This document shows positions 29,485 through 39,525 of a DNA stretch of 64,000 nucleotides, piece after piece. Both the position numbers and the translations under genes were made by a program. The stretch's first letter is position 1. The number at the start of each line of letters is the position of its first letter. The notes under the pieces were generated by a model, which was not told where the DNA came from, did no database searches, and saw only the letters and a program-made list of their open reading frames with translations. The stretch is taken from positions 32,001 through 96,000 of the forward strand of contig CAVXXK010000001.1 of NCBI GenBank assembly GCA_963765675.1. Direction: 5' to 3'. The DNA comes from an uncultured delta proteobacterium. Lineage in GTDB: Bacteria; Desulfobacterota; Binatia; Binatales; Binataceae.

Positions 29485-29620
29485 CGAAAACGCCCCGTGC
29501 TTGCCCATTTTTGATCTGGATGGGCAAACACGGGGCATCCCCGTGTTCAGGCCTGCTTCGATACCGCGGAACAGGCGCAGATATTTATTTTACAATCTAG
29601 CGGGAATTATGAAGCCCGCT
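29485..29620 (-). promoter_or_regulatory. Structured 5' leader with terminator/antiterminator upstream of the phyH-like gene
   Basis: Long hairpin gccccgtgtttgcccat..atgggcaagcacggggc followed by gttttcgtt; competing hairpin aacacgggg-atg-ccccgtgtt. Confidence 0.5.
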
Positions 29621-29701
29621 CGATTTCAGAGATCATTTCTTCCAGAGTCTCGGCGCCGCGTCAACTCCGAGAACGATAGCCCGCGTTTTCAAGGCACCTT
29701 T

Positions 29702-29777
29702 TAATCGCGCGGCGCTGGCACGCCGCGCTGAATAAGGTCCCTCACCTGGCCTCTCCCTTTCAGGGCGAGGAATCAGA
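29702..29777 (-). repeat. Dispersed palindromic repeat family A, partial copy 3
   Basis: taatcgcgcggcgct..gccgcgctgaataaggtccctcacct..cctctccc..gggcgaggaatcaga. Confidence 0.8.
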
Positions 29778-29779
29778 GA

Positions 29780-30532
29780 TCACGATTTGCGGGACTTCGA
29801 GGTGAATGCTGCTATGCGCTCGCGCATGTCGGGGCCCACTCCGGCGCTGCGATAGACTTCGTGCGCGAGGCCCGCTTCGAGCGGGAGCGCGTCGGTCTCG
29901 ATTAGCAGGCGCTTGTTCGCGCGATGACTATGCCACGAGTTGGCGAGGATCATCTTCGCGAGTCCAGCGAGCTCGCGATCGAATGCGTCGTCGGCGACGC
30001 AAAAGTTCGCAAGGCCGATCGCAAGCGCCTCGGCGCCGGGATATGTGCGGCACGTGAACATCATCTCGCGCGCCTTCGACGGACCGACGCGACGCGGCAG
30101 CCGCTGGCTCATCCCCCACGCGGGAGTTAGCGCCCAGCGCGCATGCGTGTCGGCGAACTTCGCGGACTCGGCGGCGAAAATAATATCGCCGGCCAGCGCA
30201 AGCTCGAGCGCGCCGGTGTAGCAATGCCCATGCACCGCCGAAATGACCGGTTGCGGAAGATTAGCCAGACGCTCGATCGTGTCGGCCTGAAAGTTCGGGC
30301 GCGGAGGCCGCTCACCAGCCGCGATATCGGCCAGATCGTGACCCGCCGAGAAACACTTGCCCGCGCCGCGCACGACGACCAGCCCGACGCGATCGGTCTC
30401 GCCCGCGATCGCATCGACATGCTCGCGCAGCTCTACGAACATCGGCACGTTGAGCGAGTTGAGTTTCTCGGGGCGGTTCAGCGTGAGCGTCGCGAGCCCG
30501 TCCTTGTCTTCTCGGAGCACGAGTCCTGCCAT
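29780..30532 (-). CDS. Enoyl-CoA hydratase/isomerase
   Basis: LNRPEKLNSL, FSAGHDL and FADTHARW motifs. Confidence 0.9.
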   Translation of the reverse strand: MAGLVLREDKDGLATLTLNRPEKLNSLNVPMFVELREHVDAIAGETDRVGLVVVRGAGKCFSAGHDLADIAAGERPPRPNFQADTIERLANLPQPVISAVHGHCYTGALELALAGDIIFAAESAKFADTHARWALTPAWGMSQRLPRRVGPSKAREMMFTCRTYPGAEALAIGLANFCVADDAFDRELAGLAKMILANSWHSHRANKRLLIETDALPLEAGLAHEVYRSAGVGPDMRERIAAFTSKSRKS

Positions 30533-30640
30533 GGCGATTCCTCCCGCAAAATTCGACTCTACCTGAGCATCGGAAACCGCGTCGAGGGTCGCCGCACCGC
30601 GCCGCGTCTGCGCTATAGATGCAGGTTGAGGAATAGATCA

Positions 30641-31433
30641 ATGACAGCCCCGCACTATGGCGACGTATCGATCGCCGTGAATGAAACCGACCATGTCGCA
30701 CTCGCCGAGATTCATCGGCCGCCGCACAACTTTTTCGATCATCAATTGATCAAGGATCTCGCCGACGCGTTCGAAGCCCTCGACACCGACGCCGGATGCC
30801 GCGCGATCTTGCTCGCAGCGGAGGGGAAATCATTTTGCGCAGGCGCGGACTTCAGCAAGCGTCAGACGCCCGCGGCCGGCGCCACGCCCGCGACCGGGAA
30901 TCCGCTCTACTCGGAAGCGGTGCGGCTCTTTCGATGCAAGAAGCCTGATAGTCGCGGCGATCCAGGGTGCCGCGATCGGCGGAGGCTTCGGCCTTGCAAT
31001 GGCCGCCGACTTTCGCGTCGTCACTGCCGACGCGCGCTTCGCAGCGAACTTCGTCAAGCTCGGAATCCATCCGGGCTTCGGACTGACCTATACGCTGCCG
31101 CGGATTATCGGTATCCAGAAAGCGAATCTGATGTTCTACACCGGGCGCAGGATCAACGGCGAAGAAGCGCTTGCGTGGGGACTCGCTGATTCGATCGTCG
31201 CGCCAGAAAAGCTCCGCGAGACCGCTCGTGCACTCGCCGCCGAAATCGCGGAGAACGCGCCGCTTGCCGTCCTCTCGACGCGCGCGACGATGTGCGCGGG
31301 CCTCGCCGACGCGGTCAAGGCGCAGACCGATATCGAGTTCCGCGAACAGAGCTGGCTGATGCGTACCGAGGACCATCGCGAAGGCGTCAAGGCTGTCTCC
31401 GAGCGCCGCCCCGGCCGCTTCCAGAGCCGCTGA
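30641..31433 (+). CDS. Enoyl-CoA hydratase/isomerase (frameshift near 30945)
   Basis: RPPHNFF and SFCAGADF in one frame; FAANFVKLGIHPGFG in the next. Confidence 0.8.
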
Positions 31434-31559
31434 ACGCGCAGAGGCCAAGCGCATCGTCGTTGCTGCTGATGCGTCATTCCTACGCGGGGCTGCCGCGCAA
31501 TTGTAAGCGAAGTCTGCAAGTGCTACGAATACGCCATTCCATTGAGGGAGGTGCGTTTG

Positions 31560-31628
31560 ATGGTCCTTGAACATAAAGAACTTGCGCCCGAATTCCGCGA
31601 AGCGCATCTGCCGCCTCGTTGCCGCTGA
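31560..31628 (+). CDS. Candidate 22-aa leader peptide MVLEHKELAPEFREAHLPPRCR
   Basis: Strong SD GGGAGGTG upstream; lies 5' of the methyltransferase gene. Confidence 0.4.
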   Translation: MVLEHKELAPEFREAHLPPRCR

Positions 31629-31761
31629 CCATTTCGCGCCATTCGAAGATCGGCTGAGCGTTTCGCGCAGGCCCCGCTGCGTCCGCGGTACGCGGTTTCG
31701 CATCAATGCGCAACCGCTCCGCGCAAGAGAAACGACCGATGATCACGAATGGTGCAGAGAA

Positions 31762-32460
31762 ATGAGCAATCCTTTTCTTGAATTGAAAGATCGCGAACCG
31801 TGGGGGCCTGGATCCTTTGAGATGGCGTTGCCGCTGGTCGAGGATGTGGGAATCGCCGGCGGGATGCGCGTGCTCGAAGTCGGTGGAGGCTCGGGACAAA
31901 TCGCCGTCACGCTCGCCAAGCATTGGAACGTCACCGTTTTCACGCTCGAGCCGTGGTTCGGTGGTGAGCAGATCCAGGCGCGGGCGCAAGCCGCGGGCGT
32001 TTTCGACCGCGTGATCGCACTCAAGACTCGTGCGCAGAATCTGCGCTTCGCCGACGCGACGTTCGACGCGGTTATCAGCATCGGCTCGTTCGAGATGATC
32101 GCGGAGGATCGCGCCGCCGCGCTCGCGCAGATGGTCCGAGTCGCGAAACCGGGCGCGCGAATCGGAATCGCGGAGCCGATGTGCCTGCCAGCGCCGATTC
32201 CGGAGGCTGTCCGCGAGCTCGATCGCGTACGGTTCCCCGACGGCCGGGGATTCGAGTTTCACTTCCGCTCGGTGGATTGGAATGCGGAGCTTTTCGAGCA
32301 GGCCGGTCTCAGCGTGATCGAGCGCCGATATTTTCCGGAAGCCGCCAAATGGTGGCGTGAGTACAGCGAGCGTGTTTCCGAAGCCGAGCGCGCGCTGATC
32401 AACGCCGACGCCGGCGGATGGGCGACCCTCGGAATGGTGGTCGGGGAAAATCGAGGTTGA
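31762..32460 (+). CDS. Class I SAM-dependent methyltransferase
   Basis: VLEVGGGSG, FADATFDAV and RVAKPGARI motifs. Confidence 0.85.
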   Translation: MSNPFLELKDREPWGPGSFEMALPLVEDVGIAGGMRVLEVGGGSGQIAVTLAKHWNVTVFTLEPWFGGEQIQARAQAAGVFDRVIALKTRAQNLRFADATFDAVISIGSFEMIAEDRAAALAQMVRVAKPGARIGIAEPMCLPAPIPEAVRELDRVRFPDGRGFEFHFRSVDWNAELFEQAGLSVIERRYFPEAAKWWREYSERVSEAERALINADAGGWATLGMVVGENRG

Positions 32461-32465
32461 CAAAA

Positions 32466-32496
32466 GAAACTCGCGGCGAGTCCCGCCGCGAGTTTC
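32466..32496. terminator. Rho-independent terminator between convergent genes
   Basis: gaaactcgcggcg-agtcc-cgccgcgagtttc; T-run on the minus strand. Confidence 0.75.
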
Positions 32497-32497
32497 C

Positions 32498-34943
32498 TCA
32501 GTTCAGAATCGTGCGTTCCGTGCGCGGGCCTGTCGCAGGCTTTTCTGGCGCAGGCGCGGCGGCTTGCGCGGCGTCGCCATTGACCAGCGCGGCGGCCAGG
32601 ACTTCATCGACGGTGTCGACGAAGATCATTTTCAGCTCGCCACGGACCTCTGCGGGTATGTCCTCGAGGTCGCGCTCGTTTCGACGAGGCAGAATGATCG
32701 TCTTGATTCCTGCGCGACGTGCCGCGAGCACTTTTTCTTTGACTCCGCCGACCGGCATCACCTTGCCCCGCAGCGTGATCTCGCCAGTCATCGCGACTTC
32801 CGCCCTGATCGGACGGCCGCTCAGGAGCGACGCGAGCGAAGCCGCGAGCGTCACACCAGCGGAGGGACCGTCCTTGGGAATCGCGCCGGCGGGAACGTGA
32901 ATGTGGATGTCCGACTTTTCGAAAAAGTCGGCCGGGATTCCAAGTCGCTCGGCGCGCGAGCGCACGTAGGACATCGCGGCCTGCGCCGATTCCTTCATCA
33001 CGTCGCCCAGCGACCCGGTCAGCATAAGACCCTTTTGCCCCGCCATCCGGGTGGCTTCGATAAACATGATCTCGCCGCCGTTGGGCGTCCATGCAAGCCC
33101 GGTTGCGACACCGGTTTCGTTGGTGCGTTCGGCGACTTCGGAGAAAAACCGCGGCAGCCCGAGATAGCGCGAGACGTCTTCCGCCGTGACCTGCGTCGGC
33201 ATCGCACCGCCTTCGGAGGTGGCGCGTGCGATTTTGCGGCATACGCGCGCGATCTCGCGCTCGAGGTTGCGCAGCCCCGACTCGCGCGTGTAGCTGCGGA
33301 TAATCTCGGCGATCGCGCCGGCGGTGAACTCGATCTTCGACTCGCCGAGTCCGTTTTCTTCAAGCTGCTTGCGAATCAGGTGGCGCTCGGCGATTTGCAG
33401 CTTTCTCTTCCTCGGTGTAACCCGGCAGCTCGAGCACTTCCATTCTGTCCCGCAGCGCCGGCGGAATCGGATCGAGCATATTGGCCGTGGTCAGGAACAG
33501 AACCTTCGAGAGATCGAACGGCACATCGAGATAGTGGTCGGAGAACGAATTGTTCTGCTCGGGATCGAGCACTTCGAGCAGCGCCGAGGCGGGATCGCCT
33601 CGGAAATCCATCCCGAGCTTGTCGACCTCGTCAAGGATGAAGAGCGGATTGTTCGAGCCCGCGTTGCGCAGCCCTTGGATAATCCTGCCGGGCAGCGAGC
33701 CGATGTAAGTGCGGCGATGGCCGCGGATCTCGGCTTCGTCGCGGATACCGCCGAGCGACAGGCGCACGAACTTGCGTCCGAGCGCGCGCGCGATCGATTT
33801 GCCCAGCGAAGTTTTGCCGGTTCCCGGGGGGCCGACGAAGCATAGGATCGGACCCTTGGTGTCTTTCTTGAGCTTGCGCACCGCGAGGAATTCGAGGATG
33901 CGCTCCTTAATCTTGTCGAGGTCGTAATGATCCTCGTCGAGCACCTTGCGCGCGTTGGCGATATCGAGGTTGTCCTCGGTCGAGACGCTCCACGGCAGGC
34001 TCACCAGCCAATCGATATACGTGCGGACGACGGTATGCTCCGCCGATTCGGGCGGGATCATGCGCAGGCGTTCGAGTTCCTTGTCGGCGGCCTTGCGCGC
34101 CTCGGGGGGCATCTTGGCCTCTTCGATTTTCTTCTCCAGCTCGTCGATCTCGCTGGTGCGCGCATCGCCTTCGCCGAGTTCTTTCTGGATCGCCTTGAGC
34201 TGCTGGCGCAGATAGTACTCGCGCTGATTCTTGTTGAGCTCGGTCTGGACCTGCGACTGGATTTTGTGGCCAAGCTCGAGCAGCTCGATTTCGCGGCCCA
34301 GGATAGCGATCAGCTTTTCCAGGCGCGCGCGTACGTCAACCGTGCCGAGCAGATCCTGCGATTCCTCGACCGCGATCTTCAGATACGACGCGACCATGTC
34401 GGCCAGCCGCCCCGGCTCGCGAACCTTCATCGCCTGCACCTGCAATTCGTCAGGCAGGTACGGCACGAGCGAAACGAACTTCGAGAATTGGCTCACCAGA
34501 TGCGCGTGCAGCGCTTCGATTTCCTTGTCGGGTGCGGATTGATCGACCACGCGGGTCGCGCGCGCGATAAAATATGGCTCGGCCTGGATATAGTTGGTCA
34601 GCTCGATCCGCGCGATTCCCTGCACCAGCACCCGAACGCTCTGATCCGGGTAGCGCAGCATCTTGAGAATCTGCACCGCGGTGCCGTATTGGAACAGCCC
34701 GTCGGCGTGAGGAGATTCCTCTTCGGGATTCTTCTGCGCCGCGAGCGCGATAATCTTTTGCGTCTGTCCGACATCCTCGATCAACTTGAGCGAAGACGCG
34801 CGAGAGACCAAAAACGGATGAATCTGGTTAGGAAAGATTACGATACCGCGCAGCGGCAGTACCGCCAGGACATCGGGGATCTCAACCTTGCTGAGATCTT
34901 CCTCGATATCGAAACCTTTTTCCCCTTTGGGTTTATCCGCCAT
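32498..34943 (-). CDS. lon: Lon protease (apparent frameshift near 33403)
   Basis: LON N-domain, [18 protein letters not shown] and PKDGPSAG catalytic Ser; split across ORFs by one extra base. Confidence 0.93.
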
Positions 34944-35099
34944 AGGACGATTGAAACCTCATTCAGGAGGGGACGCCGCCGCCCGTCGCTTCCACCCAAT
35001 CCACATTTTACCGTAGTATATGGATGCCGGGCAGACAAGGTAGCCTCTCTTTATTTGAAGGTAACCACGGTTTATTCCGGCGCCACTGGCGAGGTGATC

Positions 35100-35525
35100 T
35101 TGTCCAAATCCCGGTTCGAAAAGCTTTTCAGCCCCGACGAAGCGAACCATCTCATCCCGCGGCTCGAGATCATCATGCGCGACCTCCAGCTCATGGCGAA
35201 TTTCGTCCGCGCACGTATCAACGAGCTTGCAACCGAGGATCCCGACCTGCTCAACCATACGCTGCCGGAGATCGTCGAGCTTCATCCCGACCTCGACGAG
35301 CCGAGCACGCGGATGGCGCAGGCGGTGGAGCAGATCGAGGAGCTCGGGTGCTTTCTCAAGGATATCGATCAGGGCCTGGTCGATTTCCCGTTCGACAACG
35401 GCGAGGAAGTGGTCTTCCTGTGCTGGCAGTTCGGTGAGCAGAGCGTGATCGCATGGCATCCGATCGAAGGCGGCTTCGAGGGCCGGCGTCCGCTGCCGGG
35501 CGCGCCCAAGCCGTGGCTCAACTAA
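35100..35525 (+). CDS. DUF2203 family protein
   Basis: F+..EAN..IP and KD.DQGLVDFP..VFLCWQFGE..WH....GF.GRRP motifs; TTG start after GAGGTGA. Confidence 0.85.
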   Translation: MSKSRFEKLFSPDEANHLIPRLEIIMRDLQLMANFVRARINELATEDPDLLNHTLPEIVELHPDLDEPSTRMAQAVEQIEELGCFLKDIDQGLVDFPFDNGEEVVFLCWQFGEQSVIAWHPIEGGFEGRRPLPGAPKPWLN

Positions 35526-35583
35526 GTCGGTAGCTAAGTCTCGATGCTCCGCGCGGCGAAATGCGCGGGCGGAAATATCAATC

Positions 35584-36051
35584 ATGATTGCACTCTTCGT
35601 CTATCTGGTCGCGATCGCATGCTGGCTTGGCGGAATTGTGTTCTTTTCGTTCTTCACGGCACCGGTCATCTTCACCCAGCTCCCGATCGCGGAGGCCGGC
35701 AAGGTCGTGCACACGATCTTTCCGCGCTACTACGCGCTGGGTTACGTCGCGGGGACGATCGCGCTGGCGCTGGCAATCTACTTCACGGCGGTTCGCGATT
35801 CACGGCTATGGTGGGGCTTAAGCGTCGTGGCGCTCGTGCTTGCGCTGGGACTCACGTTCTATGCGGGCGCGGTCGTGCGGCCGCGAGTTGACGCGATCCG
35901 CGGCGTCGCCGAAGAGCAGAACCCCGATCCCACGCGCAAGGCGGAGTTCGATCATCTGCATCACCTGTCGGTTTACCTGAACGGCGCGGTGCTGCTGCTC
36001 AATCTCGCCGCGCTGGTTGCGACAGCAGAGGCGCTGACTCGCCGTGGCTGA
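35584..36051 (+). CDS. DUF4149/TMEM205-like membrane protein
   Basis: AP.IF..L....AG......FPRY and F..LH.LSV.LN motifs. Confidence 0.8.
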   Translation: MIALFVYLVAIACWLGGIVFFSFFTAPVIFTQLPIAEAGKVVHTIFPRYYALGYVAGTIALALAIYFTAVRDSRLWWGLSVVALVLALGLTFYAGAVVRPRVDAIRGVAEEQNPDPTRKAEFDHLHHLSVYLNGAVLLLNLAALVATAEALTRRG

Positions 36052-36799
36052 CCCGCGCTTCAAGGCTATCGTCCTGGACCTGTTCGATACGCTCGTCACG
36101 TGGAACCCCGCGTTGCTGCCGATGGTGAATTGGCGCGGACGTGAGTTCCGCAGCACCACCCCTCTGTTGTATCCGATCCTCGAAGATTCGCTCGGTGCGC
36201 GCTTTGACCGCGAGGCGTTCATGGACGCGCACAGCAAAGTGTACGAGGAGATTTTCGACGCACGCTCGCGCGACGAGATCGAAATCTCGTGCCTGGATCG
36301 CTTTACGCGCACGCTCGTGCGAACCGGCGTCGAGCCTGCTCTCGCCGCTCCTCTTGCCGAGCGCCTGCGCCGCACGCATATGGCGCGCGTGCGCGAAGTC
36401 ACCGCCGCGCCCGCCGCGCGACTGGAAGCGGTGCGCAGGCTGCACAAGCATTACCGGCTCGGCCTGCTCTCGAACTTCGACGACGCCGCGACCGGCCACG
36501 AAATCATGCACGACACCGGAATTCGCGAGCTGTTCGACGTCGTCGTCATCTCGGCCGAGCTGGGCCTGCGCAAACCGCATCGCGATATCTTTCGCCACAC
36601 GCTCGACGCGCTGGGGCTGAAGCCCAGCGAGATCCTGTTCGTCGGCGACACGCCGCACGAAGACGTTCTCGGGGCCAAGCGGATGGGAATCCATGTCGCG
36701 TGGATCAACAAGCATGGCAAACCGTTTCCAGAAGGAATCGGTGTGCCCGAAATTGAAATCGGCGACCTGACCGAGCTGCCGGAGCGACTCGGATGCTGA
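36044..36799 (+). CDS. HAD family hydrolase
   Basis: DLFDTLV, LSN, RKP and VGD...DV motifs. Confidence 0.85.
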   Translation: MADPRFKAIVLDLFDTLVTWNPALLPMVNWRGREFRSTTPLLYPILEDSLGARFDREAFMDAHSKVYEEIFDARSRDEIEISCLDRFTRTLVRTGVEPALAAPLAERLRRTHMARVREVTAAPAARLEAVRRLHKHYRLGLLSNFDDAATGHEIMHDTGIRELFDVVVISAELGLRKPHRDIFRHTLDALGLKPSEILFVGDTPHEDVLGAKRMGIHVAWINKHGKPFPEGIGVPEIEIGDLTELPERLGC

Positions 36800-36817
36800 C
36801 GCGGCGCTGAAATCGCG

Positions 36818-37228
36818 ATGTCCGCAAAAGATCGCAAAGCCTCTTTCGAGTCGATCGAGCGCGCGCCCTTCGCCGCGATACTCGCGCTGCGGATCGAATC
36901 GTCCGAGGACGGCGTGGTAGTCGCGCGGATGCCGTTTCGTCCGGCGATTCTGAATCCCGGCGGCCCGTCGGCACCCGTTCATGGCGGCGCGATCGCGACA
37001 CTCGCTGATTTTGCGGCGTGCGCTGCGGCCTGGACGCTCGAGCAGACGGTGCGCAGCGCAACAATCGCGATGTCGATAAATTTCACCGGCCCCGCGATCC
37101 AGAGCGATCTCATCGCGCGCGCGACAGTGAAACGCGCGGGCAGACGTATCGCGAGTATCGCGGTCGAAATTCGCGACAGCACGGACGCGCTGATTGCCGA
37201 CGCGCTCGTGACCTACAAAATCAGCTAG
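36818..37228 (+). CDS. PaaI family thioesterase
   Basis: N....HGGAIATLAD hotdog motif. Confidence 0.85.
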   Translation: MSAKDRKASFESIERAPFAAILALRIESSEDGVVVARMPFRPAILNPGGPSAPVHGGAIATLADFAACAAAWTLEQTVRSATIAMSINFTGPAIQSDLIARATVKRAGRRIASIAVEIRDSTDALIADALVTYKIS

Positions 37229-37235
37229 GGTGACA

Positions 37236-38000
37236 ATGCCCGCTGCGATAATTATCGAGAAGATCCGCCGCGCCGGCGCGCCCTACGGACTCAACCTTGT
37301 CGCGACCGCCGCGGTCGAGCGCTATGACGCCGCGGTAACAGAACCCTATCGCGCGCGCGCAATCGCTCCAGACGCGCGCACGATCATCGTGGTCGCCAAT
37401 GGCGGCGGTGAATTATGGGCCGCGCTGAAGCGCCACGCCGACAGCCATCCCGGATGGTGGCAGCGCGCCAATCCGCTCGACGACTTCACGCACGAGATAG
37501 TCGAGCACGAGATCGCACCCGCCGCACGCGCCGGCGGCGCAAACGTGCGCATCGTTTATCCATTCATGAACAACGCCGCGACGCTTAATTTTATCGAGCT
37601 CGGAAAAGCCGCAGGCCTTGCCGGGCCGAGCATCCTTGGCGTCGTCGTGCATCCGGTATACGGACCGTGGATCGCGTTTCGCGCGGCAATCCTGATCGAT
37701 CAATCGATCGACGCGCCGGGTGCCGCGGTCGCGTTCGATCCCTGCCCCTCGTGCACCGTGCGCAGTTGCATTCCCGCCTGCCCGGTTGGCGCGGTCGCGT
37801 TTCCAACCGGATGGGACATCCCCAGATGCCTAACGCATCGCGTCGAAGACGAACCCGACTGCGCGCCGCGATGCCACGCGCGCGCGGGATGCGTGCTCGG
37901 CCCCGAGCATCGCTATCCCGACGACGAACTCGCCCATCATCAAGCGCGCGCCCTGCGCGCGATGCGCCCGTGGTACGAGAAGAACGTGAAGCCGAAGTAA
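37236..38000 (+). CDS. 4Fe-4S protein related to QueG/CblC-like cobalamin proteins
   Basis: NPLD, HPVYGPW.AFRAA, CPSC...SC..ACP and C..RC.AR..C motifs. Confidence 0.6.
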   Translation: MPAAIIIEKIRRAGAPYGLNLVATAAVERYDAAVTEPYRARAIAPDARTIIVVANGGGELWAALKRHADSHPGWWQRANPLDDFTHEIVEHEIAPAARAGGANVRIVYPFMNNAATLNFIELGKAAGLAGPSILGVVVHPVYGPWIAFRAAILIDQSIDAPGAAVAFDPCPSCTVRSCIPACPVGAVAFPTGWDIPRCLTHRVEDEPDCAPRCHARAGCVLGPEHRYPDDELAHHQARALRAMRPWYEKNVKPK

Positions 38001-38013
38001 AACAAAACCCAAC

Positions 38014-38473
38014 CGGCCACAAAGACACCAAGACACGAAGATGAAAGGGTTTGATCCGATTCCTGCCGCGACCGAAGAGGCTGCTGCCATCGTGATCGAC
38101 GCTGCCTTTGCCGTTCACCGCTCACTTGGACCGGGATTGTTGGAATCGATCTATGAGGCATGCCTGGCGCACGAGCTCTTTCTCAGACACATTCCGTTTC
38201 AAACGCAGGTCTCGCTTCCGATTCAATACAAAGACCTGAAATTGGAAAGTGCGCTCAGATTGGATCTTTTGGTGGCGGATTCTCTCGTCGTCGAACTGAA
38301 GGCGACCGAGAGAATGTTGCCCCTATATAAAGCGCAACTGCTGACCTATCTAAAGCTATCGGGACTCAGGCTCGGTCTCCTGATCAATTTCAATGTCGGT
38401 ATAATCAAAGAAGGAATTAAACGAATCGTGCGTTAGCACGATTCGCCTTCGTGTCTTTGTGTCTTAGTGGCCG
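38014..38473. repeat. 27-bp inverted repeats flanking the GxxExxY gene
   Basis: 38014-38040 cggccacaaagacaccaagacacgaag versus reverse complement of 38447-38473 (2 mismatches). Confidence 0.8.
38041..38436 (+). CDS. GxxExxY protein (PD-(D/E)XK nuclease-like)
   Basis: LGPGLLESIYE, RLDLLV, VELKA, AQLLTYLK and GLLINF motifs. Confidence 0.92.
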   Translation: MKGFDPIPAATEEAAAIVIDAAFAVHRSLGPGLLESIYEACLAHELFLRHIPFQTQVSLPIQYKDLKLESALRLDLLVADSLVVELKATERMLPLYKAQLLTYLKLSGLRLGLLINFNVGIIKEGIKRIVR

Positions 38474-38493
38474 CCCGGTCTTCGTCTTGTTTT

Positions 38494-39468
38494 TTACCGC
38501 CCGAGCTTGCGCGCCACTTCCTTCGCGAAGTAGGTCAGGATCAAATCCGCGCCGGCGCGGCGGATGCTGGTCAGCACTTCCATTGTCGCGCGCTCTTCGT
38601 CGATCCAACCGTTGATTCCCGCCGCTTTGATCATCGAGTACTCCCCCGAGACGTTGTACGCCGCAACCGGAACATTGAATTTCTGCTTCACCCGCCAGAT
38701 CAGATCGAGATACGGCAGAGCCGGCTTGACCATCACGATATCGGCGCCCTCCTCGAGATCGAGCGCGACCTCGCGCAGCGCCTCATCGCCGTTTGGCGGA
38801 TCCATCTGGTATGAGCGGCGATCACCGAACTGCGGGGCCGAATCGGCCGCATCACGAAACGGACCATAGAAAGCCGATGCGAACTTCGCTGAGTACGCCA
38901 TTATCGCGACATGCGCGAAGCCGTTTTCATCCAGCGCGCGGCGAATCGCGCCGACGCGCCCGTCCATCATATCCGACGGCGCGACGATATCGGCGCCGGC
39001 GCGCGCGTGCGAAAGCGCTTCGCGCACGAGCAGCTCGAGGGTCGCGTCGTTATCGACGTCGCCGCCTTTGACCGCGCCGCAATGCCCGTGGTCGGTGTAT
39101 TCGCACATGCATACGTCGGTGATAACCGCGAGTGCGGGGACGCGTTCCTTGACTTCGCGAATCGCGCGCTGCACTTCGCCGTCGTCGTTCCACGCCTCGC
39201 TGCCGATCGCATCTTTACGCTCCGGGATTCCGAACAGGATCAGCGCGGGCACGCCGGCCGCGTGAAGCTCGCGCGCCTCGGCGACAATATTGTCCACCGA
39301 CATCTGCGCGACTCCCGGCATCGAGGGGATCGGCCGCTTGATTCCGCGGCCGGGGCATACGAAGAGCGGCTGGATCAGGTTGTCGGCGGCGAGCCGCGTC
39401 TCCCGCGTCATCCTGCGCAGCGTTTCGGTGCGCCGCAGGCGCCTTGGGCGATTTATCGGAAATGCCAT
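38494..39468 (-). CDS. hemB: Porphobilinogen synthase
   Basis: [29 protein letters not shown] and MVKPA motifs. Confidence 0.97.
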   Translation of the reverse strand: MAFPINRPRRLRRTETLRRMTRETRLAADNLIQPLFVCPGRGIKRPIPSMPGVAQMSVDNIVAEARELHAAGVPALILFGIPERKDAIGSEAWNDDGEVQRAIREVKERVPALAVITDVCMCEYTDHGHCGAVKGGDVDNDATLELLVREALSHARAGADIVAPSDMMDGRVGAIRRALDENGFAHVAIMAYSAKFASAFYGPFRDAADSAPQFGDRRSYQMDPPNGDEALREVALDLEEGADIVMVKPALPYLDLIWRVKQKFNVPVAAYNVSGEYSMIKAAGINGWIDEERATMEVLTSIRRAGADLILTYFAKEVARKLGR

Positions 39469-39525
39469 TTTTGAACTGACCCCGCTTGCGAACCCAGCGG
39501 ACGGATTATATCGCGCGCGCGAGTC

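Noticed and set aside
27230-33410. Frameshifts in glgA, a crotonase and lon as programmed frameshifting or pseudogenes
   Set aside because: Single extra bases in otherwise intact conserved genes, with no slippery-site pattern and many similar indels across the window; most likely long-read assembly errors
33927-35099. 532-aa ORF antisense to lon, and other long antisense ORFs
   Set aside because: High-GC shadow frames; only the 3' DUF2203 portion is supported
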